NCBI GenBank assembly: GCA_905178155.1
Contig: CAJINV010000003.1
Coordinates: forward strand, 3,017,715-3,081,714
DNA: 64,000 nt
Reading direction: 5' to 3'
Source: Amoebophrya sp. A120
Lineage: Eukaryota; Protista; Dinoflagellata
The position numbers and the translations under genes are program-made. Below, in pieces: positions 39,056 to 50,530 of the stretch. Under the pieces are notes generated by a model. It was not told the origin of the DNA and searched no databases. It saw only the letters and a list, made by a program, of their open reading frames with translations. The number at the start of each line of letters is the position of its first letter. The first letter of the stretch is position 1.

Positions 39056-40870
39056 TTATGATAAGCAATAAAGAAAAAACAGTTGTCGTCGCAGCTCGTC
39101 CTCGCGAGCCTCAGAATTGCCGTACCTCCCGCCCCGCTGGGCCTCGCGATCGAGGTAAACGTCAACCACTACCCTCGCGTACGCAGAGCGCTGCGCATAG
39201 GATAGCTCCGTGTACTGTTCCGGATCGAAAATCTTGTGCACCAAATTCTCGTCGTCTTCCACTCTGTCGCTCGTCCTGTCTGCGACAATCAATCTCGTTT
39301 CTGGCGGCTCAAGACCGCGCGTGAGGATTTCTCGCAGTATTTGCTTGTTTTCTTCGAGTTCGGGATCAATCTCAATCGAGGGTTGCGAGCTCTGCGAGTG
39401 CTCCAGCGACTGTTCCGAGCTCTGCGAGGGCTTCCAGGGAAGCAGCTTCAGAAGACCATCCGCCTGCTGTGCACCGTCTGTGATCTCGCGCTGGCCTGCG
39501 GGCCACGGCTCTTCAAGCGGAAGCGCGTCAAGAGGATTATATGTGTTATAGGTTGGCCATTTTTCCGATAGTTTTCCCGGGACAAGAAAGTTTTTCGGGC
39601 TCGCAGGTGTCTTTAAGAGGGCATCAAGTGCCCGGGCGTAGGTTAAGAGGGACGACGGGTGCTGGCTCAAAAAGCTCACAATTTCTTCGTACTGTGGAGG
39701 CGGGCGCGCGTCGTCATCATACTTGCTCCTTGAAGGTGCAAATATTTCTTCGTGGCCGCGAGGTTCTTTTTCCCGCGTTGACACTTCCTGTTGCTGTTCC
39801 TCCGCTCCTTCGGAGCTCCGATTCTTTGCCTGAACGAAAAGTCGCAAGGCGAACAGGAGCGTATGCTGTGGGGCGTCTTTCTCATGTGCGCTCCATTCTC
39901 CGGCGGTCATCAGCCGACTGAGATCCCGCACAGCGCTTAGATTGCCAGCTTGAATGGCGCAGTGCAACAGTGAAAGGTTTGGCGCTCCGCCGTACTTCGT
40001 GCTTGCTGGCCAAAGAAGACTTTCTCCACTCGCCAAGGCGTGATGCAGTTCTTTCATGGAATCGAAGGGCTGTGCGCCGCCGTACGGATGCTGCACGGAT
40101 CCACACAGGATATCGCGTACCCGGTGCTTCTGCGACGCTCGTTCTTCTCCCATGAGCAGTTGAGAGGCGCCAGACGCGGAAGCGGAACGGCTCATGATTT
40201 TCTCACTACTGTAAATGAGACCGAGGATAGCAAAACTCTGTTTTCCGCGAAACCACTGAGCGATTGGTTCCTCGAAAAGCAGTGTCGGGATTTCCAACGG
40301 TGCTCCATCACCGAGCACCAGCTGCTGCAAACGCAAAGTGCCGAGTTGCCCGTCGATGATTCGTGCCGTTGAGGATATGTTCGGAGACTTCTTTCTCCTG
40401 GACGACGAACTACGCGACGACTTTCGTGCGCGGGCGGACGACGGGCGAGGTGAAGCGTGCGTCATTAGCTCGTGGCGCAGCCTGCGCAGGAATTTCCAGA
40501 TTGGCGTCTTTGACGGTGTCTTGAACCGAAGCTCCGTCAAACCTCCCGTGCTCGCATCTGTTGCCTGTAGGTGCACCTCAATCTGGTCCACATCGATTCC
40601 TTTAGAGTCCATCTCCGCCCGCCACGAACCGCCCAAACTCTTTCTCGCAGCGCTCGCGCTATACTTCCGTAGTCGTCCACCATAGAGATGGCCAAAAAAT
40701 TTACTCGTAGGTGATGAATTCAACTTTTTTTTGCGTCCTCCGCCTCCTCCCCCTCGTCGGCCCTCCTGGTCCTTTCGCACAGATACCCGGCGCACAAATA
40801 AGCTGCCATCATGCATGCCGCTCACCATCAAGATGGTCGAGAGCAAGATCGGTACTAGTTGCATCGTCAT
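39056..40870 (-). CDS. 5' half of ankyrin-like paralog B (signal peptide; truncated by the array)
   Basis: MTMQLVPILLSTILMVSG signal-like start; VHLQATD, IDGQLGTLRL, LSLLHCAIQAGNLSAV, PQYEEIVSFL and ENLVHKIFD all match paralog A. It ends ...NSEAREDELRRQL and then runs into spacer sequence. Confidence 0.8.
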   Translation of the reverse strand: MTMQLVPILLSTILMVSGMHDGSLFVRRVSVRKDQEGRRGGGGGGRKKKLNSSPTSKFFGHLYGGRLRKYSASAARKSLGGSWRAEMDSKGIDVDQIEVHLQATDASTGGLTELRFKTPSKTPIWKFLRRLRHELMTHASPRPSSARARKSSRSSSSRRKKSPNISSTARIIDGQLGTLRLQQLVLGDGAPLEIPTLLFEEPIAQWFRGKQSFAILGLIYSSEKIMSRSASASGASQLLMGEERASQKHRVRDILCGSVQHPYGGAQPFDSMKELHHALASGESLLWPASTKYGGAPNLSLLHCAIQAGNLSAVRDLSRLMTAGEWSAHEKDAPQHTLLFALRLFVQAKNRSSEGAEEQQQEVSTREKEPRGHEEIFAPSRSKYDDDARPPPQYEEIVSFLSQHPSSLLTYARALDALLKTPASPKNFLVPGKLSEKWPTYNTYNPLDALPLEEPWPAGQREITDGAQQADGLLKLLPWKPSQSSEQSLEHSQSSQPSIEIDPELEENKQILREILTRGLEPPETRLIVADRTSDRVEDDENLVHKIFDPEQYTELSYAQRSAYARVVVDVYLDREAQRGGRYGNSEAREDELRRQLFFLYCLS

Positions 40871-42253
40871 GGTGTTTGATAAAAAAGTATAATCTTTTAT
40901 ATATTTTTTCTAGCGGTGAAGAAAGATGAGAAACGCTTTGACTACTTAGACGGTACGAGAAAGTCAACTTTTATAACAACATGCGTCGTTTAAATACATA
41001 AATAGAAAATATCAACAGGCGTTTATATACATAAATGTCAAGCTGCTAGGAACTACTTATGACTTTGCTACTGTGCGACTCTCCTGTTAGTCTAGCTCAG
41101 TCTCCAGAAAGGTCGTGCTCCTCGGAAAAGCTGCTTTCCCTGTCCAGCTGTCTGAAAACAACAAAAGGAAAGATGCGCCTCACTTTTCGGAAAGAAAATT
41201 ACGCGGACACATTTCGTGATCTCCCGTTTGCACTTCACGATTTGCGCGCGTCTGCGTCATCCTTTCGATGAATTATTTACGGACAGTTAGACTTTTCGAC
41301 GGATCTCGCATTTTGTGGTTCGACCTTGATCCGGACATCATGCCTTGCACATCTCTCAAAAATCGGATCATAGATACAAATTCATTTTATTTCTTGGAGC
41401 TTCTTGATTTTGTTTTCAATTACGAACAGGCAGAGTTGAATTAGGTTTGCTTCAGATGCGGCCAGTGACCTCGCAAAATCCGGTAATGAATTTGGTGGTA
41501 TCTTCGGGTTTCCAGACTTATAGGTGCTGCATGCACATCAAATGTATTTTGGTACAAGTGTTCGTTACTGCGAACTATCAATGTCTCAGGTACAAGATCC
41601 ATTGAAAAACTTGTGATACAATGGGGAGTCAATGTTTCTTGCAAGCGGGCGTGTCTGTTTCATTTGTTGAGACTAGTACATTTTATCTCGCGCCGACGCG
41701 TACTGTCGTGGGGAAATATTCATTTGCGTCTCTTATAATTTGCACATTGATGTAGTGAAGCGAAGCCACCTGCCTTGCTGTTATGCAAGAGGCGGAGTAG
41801 AACCTGTCCGGTTCTGCGATGCATATCATTAACTTGGTGACTTGTTTTGCAGTAAGTAGATTAATTTGAGAACATGTCCTTCCGTAGTACATTTGAAAAT
41901 AGTTGAGTTGCGCTAGTCAGTCTTTCATGGAAAACGTGGCCCCTCCGCCGTGGTGCGTGAGCCGAACACGGCCCCTTCCGCTCCTTCATCCGTTCGCCGT
42001 CTCCGCAAAGTAGTAATTAGCGGAGTTTCGGTATGCTGCTGAAAGCACGCGCGTGGGTCAGCATATAGTAGACAATGAGAATGGGAAGATTTGTCTTTCC
42101 GTACAGACTTTTAGATGACCTACACCTATTGCACCACAGCTGCAGGGAGAGCGACATCACATCAAGAACTCGAAAACTACATATTCACTCTCACTACTTG
42201 TAGTGGTTGTGTTGCTGCAAGAAGATGATGAAACAGAAACATATGAGGCATCA

Positions 42254-45200
42254 TCACATTGGCAATGGAGTTTTGAATTGGATGTACTTATGCCGACCCA
42301 CAGCCCGCGCTTTTCTGCGTACGAAAAAGGCGTCAAATTCCTCCACCGATCGCGGAACTGCCTCCCCCCGGTCCCGCAAGTACTGCCGCACCTCGGCAAC
42401 CGTATCGCAGTAGACCAAACGATTCCAGAAGTCGCTGCTGATGATCCCCGTGGCGTACCAAAACGCGAACAAGGCCTTGACAGCCATGGTGGGGTGGACA
42501 ATCAGAAACTGCATCCCCGGCAGAATGTACTCGACCGTACGGACAATCTCCCCAAAAAACTGCCGGGAAGCGGGCAGGTATTGTCCCGTGGCGTGTGCAT
42601 ACACGAGAAAACACTCCTGGACGAGACGCCCCGGCGCAGGCGTGGCCATCTCGCGAAAGGGCTCGATGCGACCTGTTGTTGTTTCGGATCCGCGGGGGCC
42701 ATAGCGCTCGATCGGAGACGAGCATTTTGAAGCTAGTAGTAGTGCAGCTAAGCAGCGACGTCTTAGAGCCAGTAGGCATTCTAGTGGGCCGCGTGATGCA
42801 GGCGCAGGCACGAAAATGCACTGACACGATAACTTTTCAACTACATTTGAACATGATATAGCGCTTAGTGTAAGAAGCTGAAAAACAAGTTAGTACTTGT
42901 GAAGTAGCGCAGCAGCTCCTCTTCGGCGAAGCGTGCGGGTATTTTGTCCCCGAGAAACCACAAGTGCGGCACGTGGTTTTGGCTGTGGTCCACGAGAAAA
43001 TCAAGCTGCTTGGACTGCATATCCCCGCAGTGACGCAGGGAACGGAAGTAGATGCGCGAACACTCCAGCGCGGTTTCAGCCTCCCACATGGTCAGGCTAA
43101 GCCTTCGCTGCGCTACGTGGTCCCAGTCGCCAACAAAGGCTTCGATCAGCTCCCCGTCATCCGACCGGTCGTCTCGCTGATTCTGGGGCGTCCCGTCCTA
43201 AGATGTGACCGGGGGAAAAAATCGATTTCGTGTTCATTATTCAAAATCGCAAAGAGCACCAGACGCGAACCATACTTGACTTGTTTCCAGGATGATCTTC
43301 CCAGTCGTGCTGCAGTTGATCACTGAGTCACACCCTCACAAAGTTCTCTCGCTTTTGGAGATGAGAGGAGCGCTAGGTGAAAAAAAAAATGACAAAAACG
43401 ACTTACGTTCTTTGACGCGTTTCGTACCTTTCCGCGTGTTGTGCGGGCGTCGTCTTCCTTGTCCTGGCGCTTACGAACCATTTTTTTCAGGTGGTCATGG
43501 GATTTGGTGCCACTCCGATTCTCGATGTACTCCCCTGTCTTCGGGTCGCCAAAAAACTGAGCCTGGAGGAGCATGTGCCGCTCGCGCGCCCGCTGTTGGG
43601 GATCTGTAGTAAACGTTTTCGCAACTGGCGGCTGTTCTTACATCCACTTGTTCCGACTTCTTCTCTGCAAACAAGCGCAACTACACCAGGACCAGGAGGA
43701 TTGTTTTAGTTTGACACACAGATGAAATAAACAGTAACAGACACACTCGGAGCCGACGTGCAAAATGCAATAGGCGCATATTGTCCAGAACCATTTATGC
43801 AGTAGCGGAAATGAAGACAAGTAGACCGGTAAAATTTTACCCAGCGGGGGAGCCTGCACGCCGCTCGTCCTTTCTGCCGCAGGAGCAAGTGACGGATCAT
43901 CGTTCTGGTGCAAGCTGTCTTCATCGTTCTGGAGGTTCTCCAGCCCGATCCACGCGTTTAATTCTTGGAATAGGATGAGGGAGCCCTCCTTGGGGAACCG
44001 TGGGAAGTACACTTTCAGTAGCTGCTTCGTCAACTCGATGTGATCCGAGAACGGGGACACGAGGATCACGTCCTCGATATTATTGGGCAACAAGTCCAGC
44101 CACCGGCGCACCGTGCGCAGCAGGATGTGGACGCTCTCCTTAAGCGGGTAGTTTTTTCGCACGGAGTAGCAAATCGGAATTGCGATGGACTTCAGTTTCA
44201 GTTCGTCGGCCATCTTCAGCATCTCCCGGACCTGCGGAGTGTAGCTACAACTTCTGTGGCTTATCATTTGTTCAGTTTTAGACGACAGCGGAGCGGCTAC
44301 CGAGAGAAGAAAAAGAACCGAAGCACCTACGTTGAGAGATCAATATCGTGTGGCTCAGCACAAAAAAAAAATGTCTCAACAAGAAGTTGTTACTTACACA
44401 GACATGCCACGTGTGCCTCGCTGCTTTTTTGTACTTGACCGTGTACCGGGGGCCCGAGAAGAGCAGCAGCTTCCGACAGAGCAAATTTCCGAAATTTCCC
44501 TTCATGTGAACAACTTCGCCACCGCGGAGGAGTTTCGAAGGCTGCGTCAACGTCGTATCTCCGTCCGCAGAGTTGACCAGGATTGTGTGTCCCACGTCCC
44601 GCGGATTCCAATTGCGTGAGAGCGTGCGACCTGGCCCGCCGAAGGACGACGTCCCCCCGTCCCCATGGTGGTAGCCACCCCCTCCGCCGTGGGGATTCCC
44701 GTAAATTTGATTCTGCGTCTCGAAGCCGTCCGTATGTATCGCACGAAAAAACTGTTTCACTGTGGTGATTTTGCAAAATCTGCATCACAAGTTTGTTACG
44801 CGTGACACTGAAAATCTGTCATGCGGAGTTCCTAAGGGAAAACACAGCTAGAAATCCATTGTCTTGCATGTGTGGCATGACACACACTTCTGCGATCCAT
44901 TTTCTGCATCACAAGTTCACAGTGAAACAGTTTTTTCTTGCGATAGTATGCCCAAAGAAGTCAATGCTGTCTTCTGACACCAGCGTAGAGAGCATCTGAC
45001 TCCCGGAGTGCAAGCTCATCACGTGGTGATACCTTTGATTGTGGAAAAAATTGCGACGACAACTAGTATTCACGAAAACCTCTGCGCTGTGCTGCTCTAC
45101 TCTACGCAGCTGCGGGAATAATTGTGGTTCGGATCCAGCCTTTACGTCCTTCTTCTTGTTTTTCCAAAAACTACGAGCATGCACAACTCTTCACATGGGC

Positions 45201-46127
45201 CTCGAGGGTACTACTACTTATCAAAGCAGAGTACTCTTTGAGAACGTTTCGCACCCCAGCGACTGGCAGGAGGGAGCAGGGGTTTTCACGCGCTTCGGGA
45301 TTTCCGAGTGGGCTGAAATCGGAGGGGTGCGACCCCCCGGACTGGAAGCGTCCGGATGGCTGGTTCTGGTTGCTGGTGGAACGGGTTGCGCTGTTCGCGT
45401 CATCTTCATCCCCGATGTAATACTGCTGCGCGTTCTGGATAATTACCGGCGGAGCAGGTGGAGCACCTCCTGCTCCTGCACCCCCTCCGTAATTGTACAC
45501 AGCATTTGCGTTCGACGGCGCGAGCGGGTGGTTGCCGTAGAAGTTGTTTCCGCCGCTGCTACTGCTGCTGCTAGCGCTGCTACTGGACCCACCGTAGGCG
45601 GTCGACCGATCGTCCACAATATGCGACTGCGAACCCGCATCCTGGTTGTACTTGTTGCGGCTGGGGGAATTCCTAGGAGAATCCGTGGGCGGAAATGCGT
45701 ACGAAACATCCAACGTCAGTGCATGTGCGTCCAAGCTGCATATGTCGCCCTGTTGTAATGTCGATTCGTCGGCGCATTGAGTATGATAAAAAAAATAATG
45801 GTCCAAGAACCTACAAGAAGAAAAAGCGTGTGCGACAACGACAAGGCGCTTGATGGTCCGGCGCTGCACATCATGAAGAACCTGATAAAGCTTAATCCGC
45901 TTGCAGGGGCGGACGTCGACCTGGAAAGGATTTTCCAGTTCCTCCGCCCCGATTGCATTGTCGTCTGACTTTGCCTCGTCCTCTCTGCGCGCCAGATCCG
46001 CCCAGGTGGGCAGGTTTCGCACGGATACCTGTTGGTCTTCGCGCTGTCGGTAGTCGTCGACAAAGTCGGCCCCGGGGGCCTCCGGATCGAAGATCGACGA
46101 CAGGGCACTGGATACTATGTCCGTCAT
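42254..46127 (-). CDS. GDAP2-like protein (macro + CRAL-TRIO-like), copy 2
   Basis: RIKLYQ/GDICSLDAHAL, GGEVVHMKGNFGNL, GPRYTVKYKKAA, LKSIAIP, HILLRTVRRWL, FLIVHPT and FWNRLVYCDTVAEV. Colinear with the gene at 18.6-21.5 kb. Confidence 0.82.
44737..44945. mobile_element. Introner, non-canonical intron in GDAP2-like copy 2
   Basis: TATCGCACGAAAAAACTGTTTCACTGTG matches the reverse complement of the right end at 27/28. TSD GTATG at 44732-44736 and 44946-44950. Removal gives SIDFFGHTDGFETQ. Confidence 0.92.
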
Positions 46128-46854
46128 GCCTGGACACTGTGCTCGTCGATTTGTCGGTTGACGAGGGCCGCGCAGAACCTGCCGCTAGTACTAGTCGCGT
46201 GCTGCTGGTGCTGACATCGTATTCTAGTCGTGGTCGCGCCGATGTGTTGTCGTGGTGGTCCCCGACTTGAGGCCGACAAGGCTTTTCTGGTCCTGTTACA
46301 AACAGAGCATGCATTTAGTCTCAGACAAAAGTACTGCCTGGTATCAATTCGTTCTGGAGATAATTTCTCGTGATATCCCTATCGTATCTAGTACCCCGCG
46401 GCGCTCCGAGAAGGAGGCGCTGCACTCTTCCTAATCATGCTCGCCTTGGATCAGGATCTTTGGCAACGTGGACGCTGCATTTGACGCACGAAGTCTTACA
46501 GAGTAACTTGCACGACGCGGTTGCACTGCAATGGGTACTATGACAAGAGCCTGGTCCGTTTTCTCTCTCACGAAAAACGTGCAACCGAAGGAGGTCCAAG
46601 AATTTGTAGTGCAAGTAAGTGACGAGAAGCAAATGCCGCAGACGCAAACTGCTTGCAGTGTTGGACGACGCTGAAGTCTTCTTCACAGCTGCAATTCTGA
46701 ATGGAAAAGAAAACCGCATCGAAGATATTGCGATGCTACGCACGAAAAGTTTCAGATTGCAAATAAAGGTTCTTCAACAGTCGGCGTTTGAAAAACTCGG
46801 TGTTCATCTCCCTCGAAGAAGTCAGAGTAAAACAGATAAATCAGACGCGCGACC

Positions 46855-49152
46855 TCAGCCAAATAAATCCAGGTCAATGTCATTCGGCTTATTTTCGGCC
46901 TTCTGCTTTTCTGCCTCCCGATCGGTAAGAATGATCTGGGGGCTGGTTGGTATCTTTGGCTGTGGAAAGCTCGCTGGAAAAGCGTCATTGTTCGCGTTCG
47001 CAAATAGATCTGCACCTCCTGCGCCAGGTTGTACTAGGGCACCCCCTCCAAGCAGGTCGTTGCCTGTTGCTCCGTGGTCCTGCGAGGCACCAAACGGCTG
47101 GAAACCGGAAAACCCGGGTGTGGCATGGGGGGCAGACTGATGTGCGGGGACCGCCGCGGGGAAGCCGCCCAACAAGTCGTTTCCGCCCGCAGAAAAAAAT
47201 TCTGCCGTCGGGGCGGAGGGCGCGGACGGAGCCCCACCAAACGCTCCGAAATCCGCGTCAAAACCAACGCTGCCGGTAGCAAAGCCATCGTTGCCTCCAA
47301 GGAGATCTTCTCCGCCCGCCGAGCCTGACGCAGGCGGTCCACCACCTTTTTGTGATGAGAGGTAGTACGAGAGAACTCGATATTCATCATTTCAGTGATA
47401 GATTATGCAACACATTTGTTGTTCCAGATGCTTGAGTGATACTATACATGTTTGAGATCCTCACTTAAGCCGCTGTTTGTTCCTCTTGTAAATTGCTTTC
47501 GAGCTGCTAAACCATTTTTGCATGTTCAAGTATAAATTTGAGGCTCACGAAGTAGAGAAGCAAACTTCACAGCTAAACCCACCTGAGAGGAGATCTATTC
47601 CACCGCCGGCACTCGAGCTAGCAGCCTGAGATTTGCCGCCACTGGAAAAGAAATCCGCGTCGCCGAAGAAGTCATTGCTGGGTGCGGGAGCGGAAGCAGG
47701 AACCGCGTCACCGCCGAGAAGGTCGATCTCGCCTCCACCACCACCAAAAGATCTGTAGACAGTTCATATCACGGACTTGATACCATGTACATCATGTCAA
47801 ACATCTTTTTCAAACAATGAATCCGCTCAACAAGTTTCATCTTGAGGCAAGAAAAAGACTGGCTGCACTAAAACCTTTTCGAGGAGCTGCTAGCATGCTG
47901 CGAGCCGAAGTTGCCAAAGTCCTCGTCGGAGGGCTTTTTTCTGACCGGCGCCATGACAGGCGCGTTGCTCGGTGCGCCGAGACGTGGAATCGGCGCGGAA
48001 CTGGATACTTTCGGTGCTTCAAGCAAAGACACCTTTCCCTTTCCAGGACTCATGTCGAGAAGGTCCTCTGTCGTGTCTGCGTTTGATGTTCCAGCAAAAT
48101 TTGCAAACCCTCCATTGATGTTCCCCGGCTCGGCTTCCAACAATGTCCCGTTCGCCGGTGACGCCCTGATGAATTTATTGAGAAGCACATGCAGCTGCAC
48201 ATCGATGAATTATTACGCGCAGGATTCCGACGAGCAAAGGTCTTCGTTGTGCTGCCGTGGAAGGGCTAACATTGTTGTTGTCAGAAAACACGTTGAAGAA
48301 TAGAACCTCCGTGAAGCTGCTACGCGTAGTAAAATAGTATTTCTGTAGTTGAAAAATCTCTTCTTTACATACTTGGCATTTTCCAGTTCCTCTTCTCGTT
48401 CTTCGAGTTGTTTCTTTCGCTCGTACTCGTGCTCCATTTGCGCGGATTTCACCTTCTGAAACCGCTCGTCAAACGCCTTTTCAAAGCCCTTGTCCCCACG
48501 CACGTTGACCTTGCCCTGAAAGGGTTTCTGCTCCAGGATCTTCACGCCGTCCTTCGTCCGCAGAGACACCCATCCGTACACAGGTTGGATCTGCGAGATT
48601 ACAGGATATTATCATATCTAGACATCTGCCATGTAGAAGTCTCCACCGCTACTAGCGGTGAAGACTTCTCTATCATATCTAGTACTAGCGGTCCGCTAGT
48701 ACTAGTATAAGGCTACATTACAACGCCTACAATCAAACAGCACGCTCCGACGCGGAATAATTTCAGGGATACGACGATGATGTTTTGGCACACTTAAGTA
48801 CTTACCATTCGTGCCCTGCGACCAACCACCTCCACGATGGTGACCGTTTCAGCGTAGTTGAGCTGGTGGACCTGCGCAGTGGTGGTGTCGTAACCTTCCC
48901 GCACGAGCGCACCCCCACGGTGACAAACCTTAAACTTTACCGGGTTCTCCAGGGTCGGGTGCTGTTCTTCAACCATCTTTGAGACCTGTTGAACGAGATT
49001 TGTTACAATTAATATCCCCTGTAGGGTTACTTTTTTATGAGTATTTCTAATGTAATCCGTTGTGTCCTGGCTCGCAGCAACCGAAGAAACAGCAGCCGTT
49101 AACGTCAGGGTCAGCTGCCCTACCACCTAAAAGAAAGAAGCACTCACCGCAT
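46855..49152 (-). CDS. Hypothetical protein with an N-terminal SH3-like domain, a coiled coil and a low-complexity tail with adaptor-type motifs
   Basis: FKVCHRGGALVREG...VTIVEVVGRRAR...YGWVSLRTKDG resembles an SH3b-type pattern. The tail has DLLD, DEDFGNF, DFFG and DLFG motifs typical of clathrin/AP accessory proteins. Multiple GT-AG introns; exon boundaries only partly resolved. Confidence 0.55.
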
Positions 49153-49407
49153 GGTCGATTTTGTGGACGATTTTGTGGCCAAGATTGGCCAGCTTGTCCT
49201 TGATGATAGCACTGTGCGTCAAGTTGTTCATCTTTTTTACGGCCTGGAGCTGGAGCCTGCACCGTAGTGGAAGTTGAACTTCTACTGCGTATGTTCGCAC
49301 GAGACGCTACCTCGCAATTTCGTGTCCACGATCTTCTCTGCTTCCCACGGAACAGGGATCGATGTAGAGCAGTCGCGGGGCACCTGGAGCACAGTTGGAT
49401 CGATGTA

Positions 49408-50530
49408 AATTGGCACTGAACCACATCGACAAAGACTTTTTCGGGAAATTGCCCAGTGACCCAGTTGAGATCGAGTTCAAACAGTGCCGGCGTTGTGGCT
49501 AAATGTGTCGCGGGCGTTCGTATAAATGTTCAGAGTTACTCCTGGTCCTGCTAGAACGAGCGCCCCAGTTGTGCTTTTTGCAGCTGAAAAGCGCGCAAAG
49601 GAAAAAGGCGCACTTTTTCAGCTGAAAAAAACCGCCAAGACGCTTTGTTCGAGCGCGAATTCATGGCTCAACTTCCAGCCCCGGCGAGACTCGAGAAGTG
49701 CGAAGATGATGAGCAACACATCGAGATTGAACCAAGATCGAGCGGAGAGCAAGCTGGAACCGAGTTGGGATGTAGTTGAGATCGAGCTGACATCGAGTTG
49801 GCATCGAGTTGGCAACATCGAGTTGGCATCGAGTTGAGACCGAATCGAGACCGAGTTGAGACCGAGTTGAGATCGAGTTGAGACCGAGTTGAGATTTTCA
49901 CTTTTTTGTCAGCCCAAATGTGCTTTTTTTCAGCTGAAAAAAAGCGCAAAGGTGCAATTTTTCAGCTGAAAAAAAGCGCCGCGCGATTTTTCAGCTGAAA
50001 AAAAGCTTGTTCCTTTTTTCAGTGAAAAAAGAGTGAAAATCTCAACTCGAGGATGGCTCGATCTCAACTCGATCTCAAGTCGATCTCAAGTCGATCTCAA
50101 CTCGGTCGGTCGCAACTCGATTCCAGCGAGCGCGATCGCAACTCGGTCTCAACTTTTACTTTGTCCGTGCCCACTCGGTCTCAACTTACTCTCGATTCGA
50201 TCTCGACGGAGTGGAAACATTGCAGCTTTTTTCACCTGAAAAAAAGCTCGCCCTGAATATGCAAGATCCAGATTTACTGCCCACCCGGTCGAGCACGAGG
50301 GAGCTCATCCTCATGCTTTGGACAGAAGCAACGGTCGTGGGGACGCACAAAAGCACCTTGCACAGCTATCCTATCCACCTACACGCGCGGACGCTTGTTC
50401 TGGAAATTTTGGGCACTAGAAGCGTCGCTGCTAATGAATGCCCAGATCATGCAAATTTCGACTCGATCTCAACTCGGGTCTTAAGTCAATCTCAACTTTT
50501 TTACTTTGTCGAAGTGGTTCAGTGCCTATG
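49408..50530. mobile_element. Foldback/MITE-like element inserted at TA
   Basis: TIR GGCACTGAACCACATCGACAAAG (49412-49434) / CTTTGTCGAAGTGGTTCAGTGCC (50504-50526). TA at 49406-49407 and 50531-50532. Internal arrays of GAGTTGAGA(T/C)C on the left, their inverse on the right, and repeated TTTTCAGCTGAAAA palindromes. Confidence 0.85.

Larger units (their letters stand above)
34603..39119. repeat. Array of five ~40-55 bp direct repeats with 0.6-1.7 kb unique spacers
   Basis: Core (TCCAAG)CAGTTGTCGTCGCAGCTCGTCCTCGCGAGCCTCAGAA(TTG) at ~34603-34651, 36323-36381, 37215-37271, 37908-37961 and 39080-39119. Confidence 0.95.

Noticed and set aside
37962-39079. Short ORFs in the last array spacer as a possible integrase or transposase
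   Set aside because: The frames are short or interrupted by stops, and no catalytic motifs are recognisable.
34603-39119. CRISPR array interpretation of the five direct repeats
   Set aside because: Spacers are 0.6-1.7 kb and irregular, repeat ends vary, no cas genes are present and the context is eukaryotic. The resemblance is architectural only.
45750-45885. Intron flanked by a CAGG direct repeat, considered as an introner
   Set aside because: It can be spliced as a canonical GT-AG intron and has no TIR.
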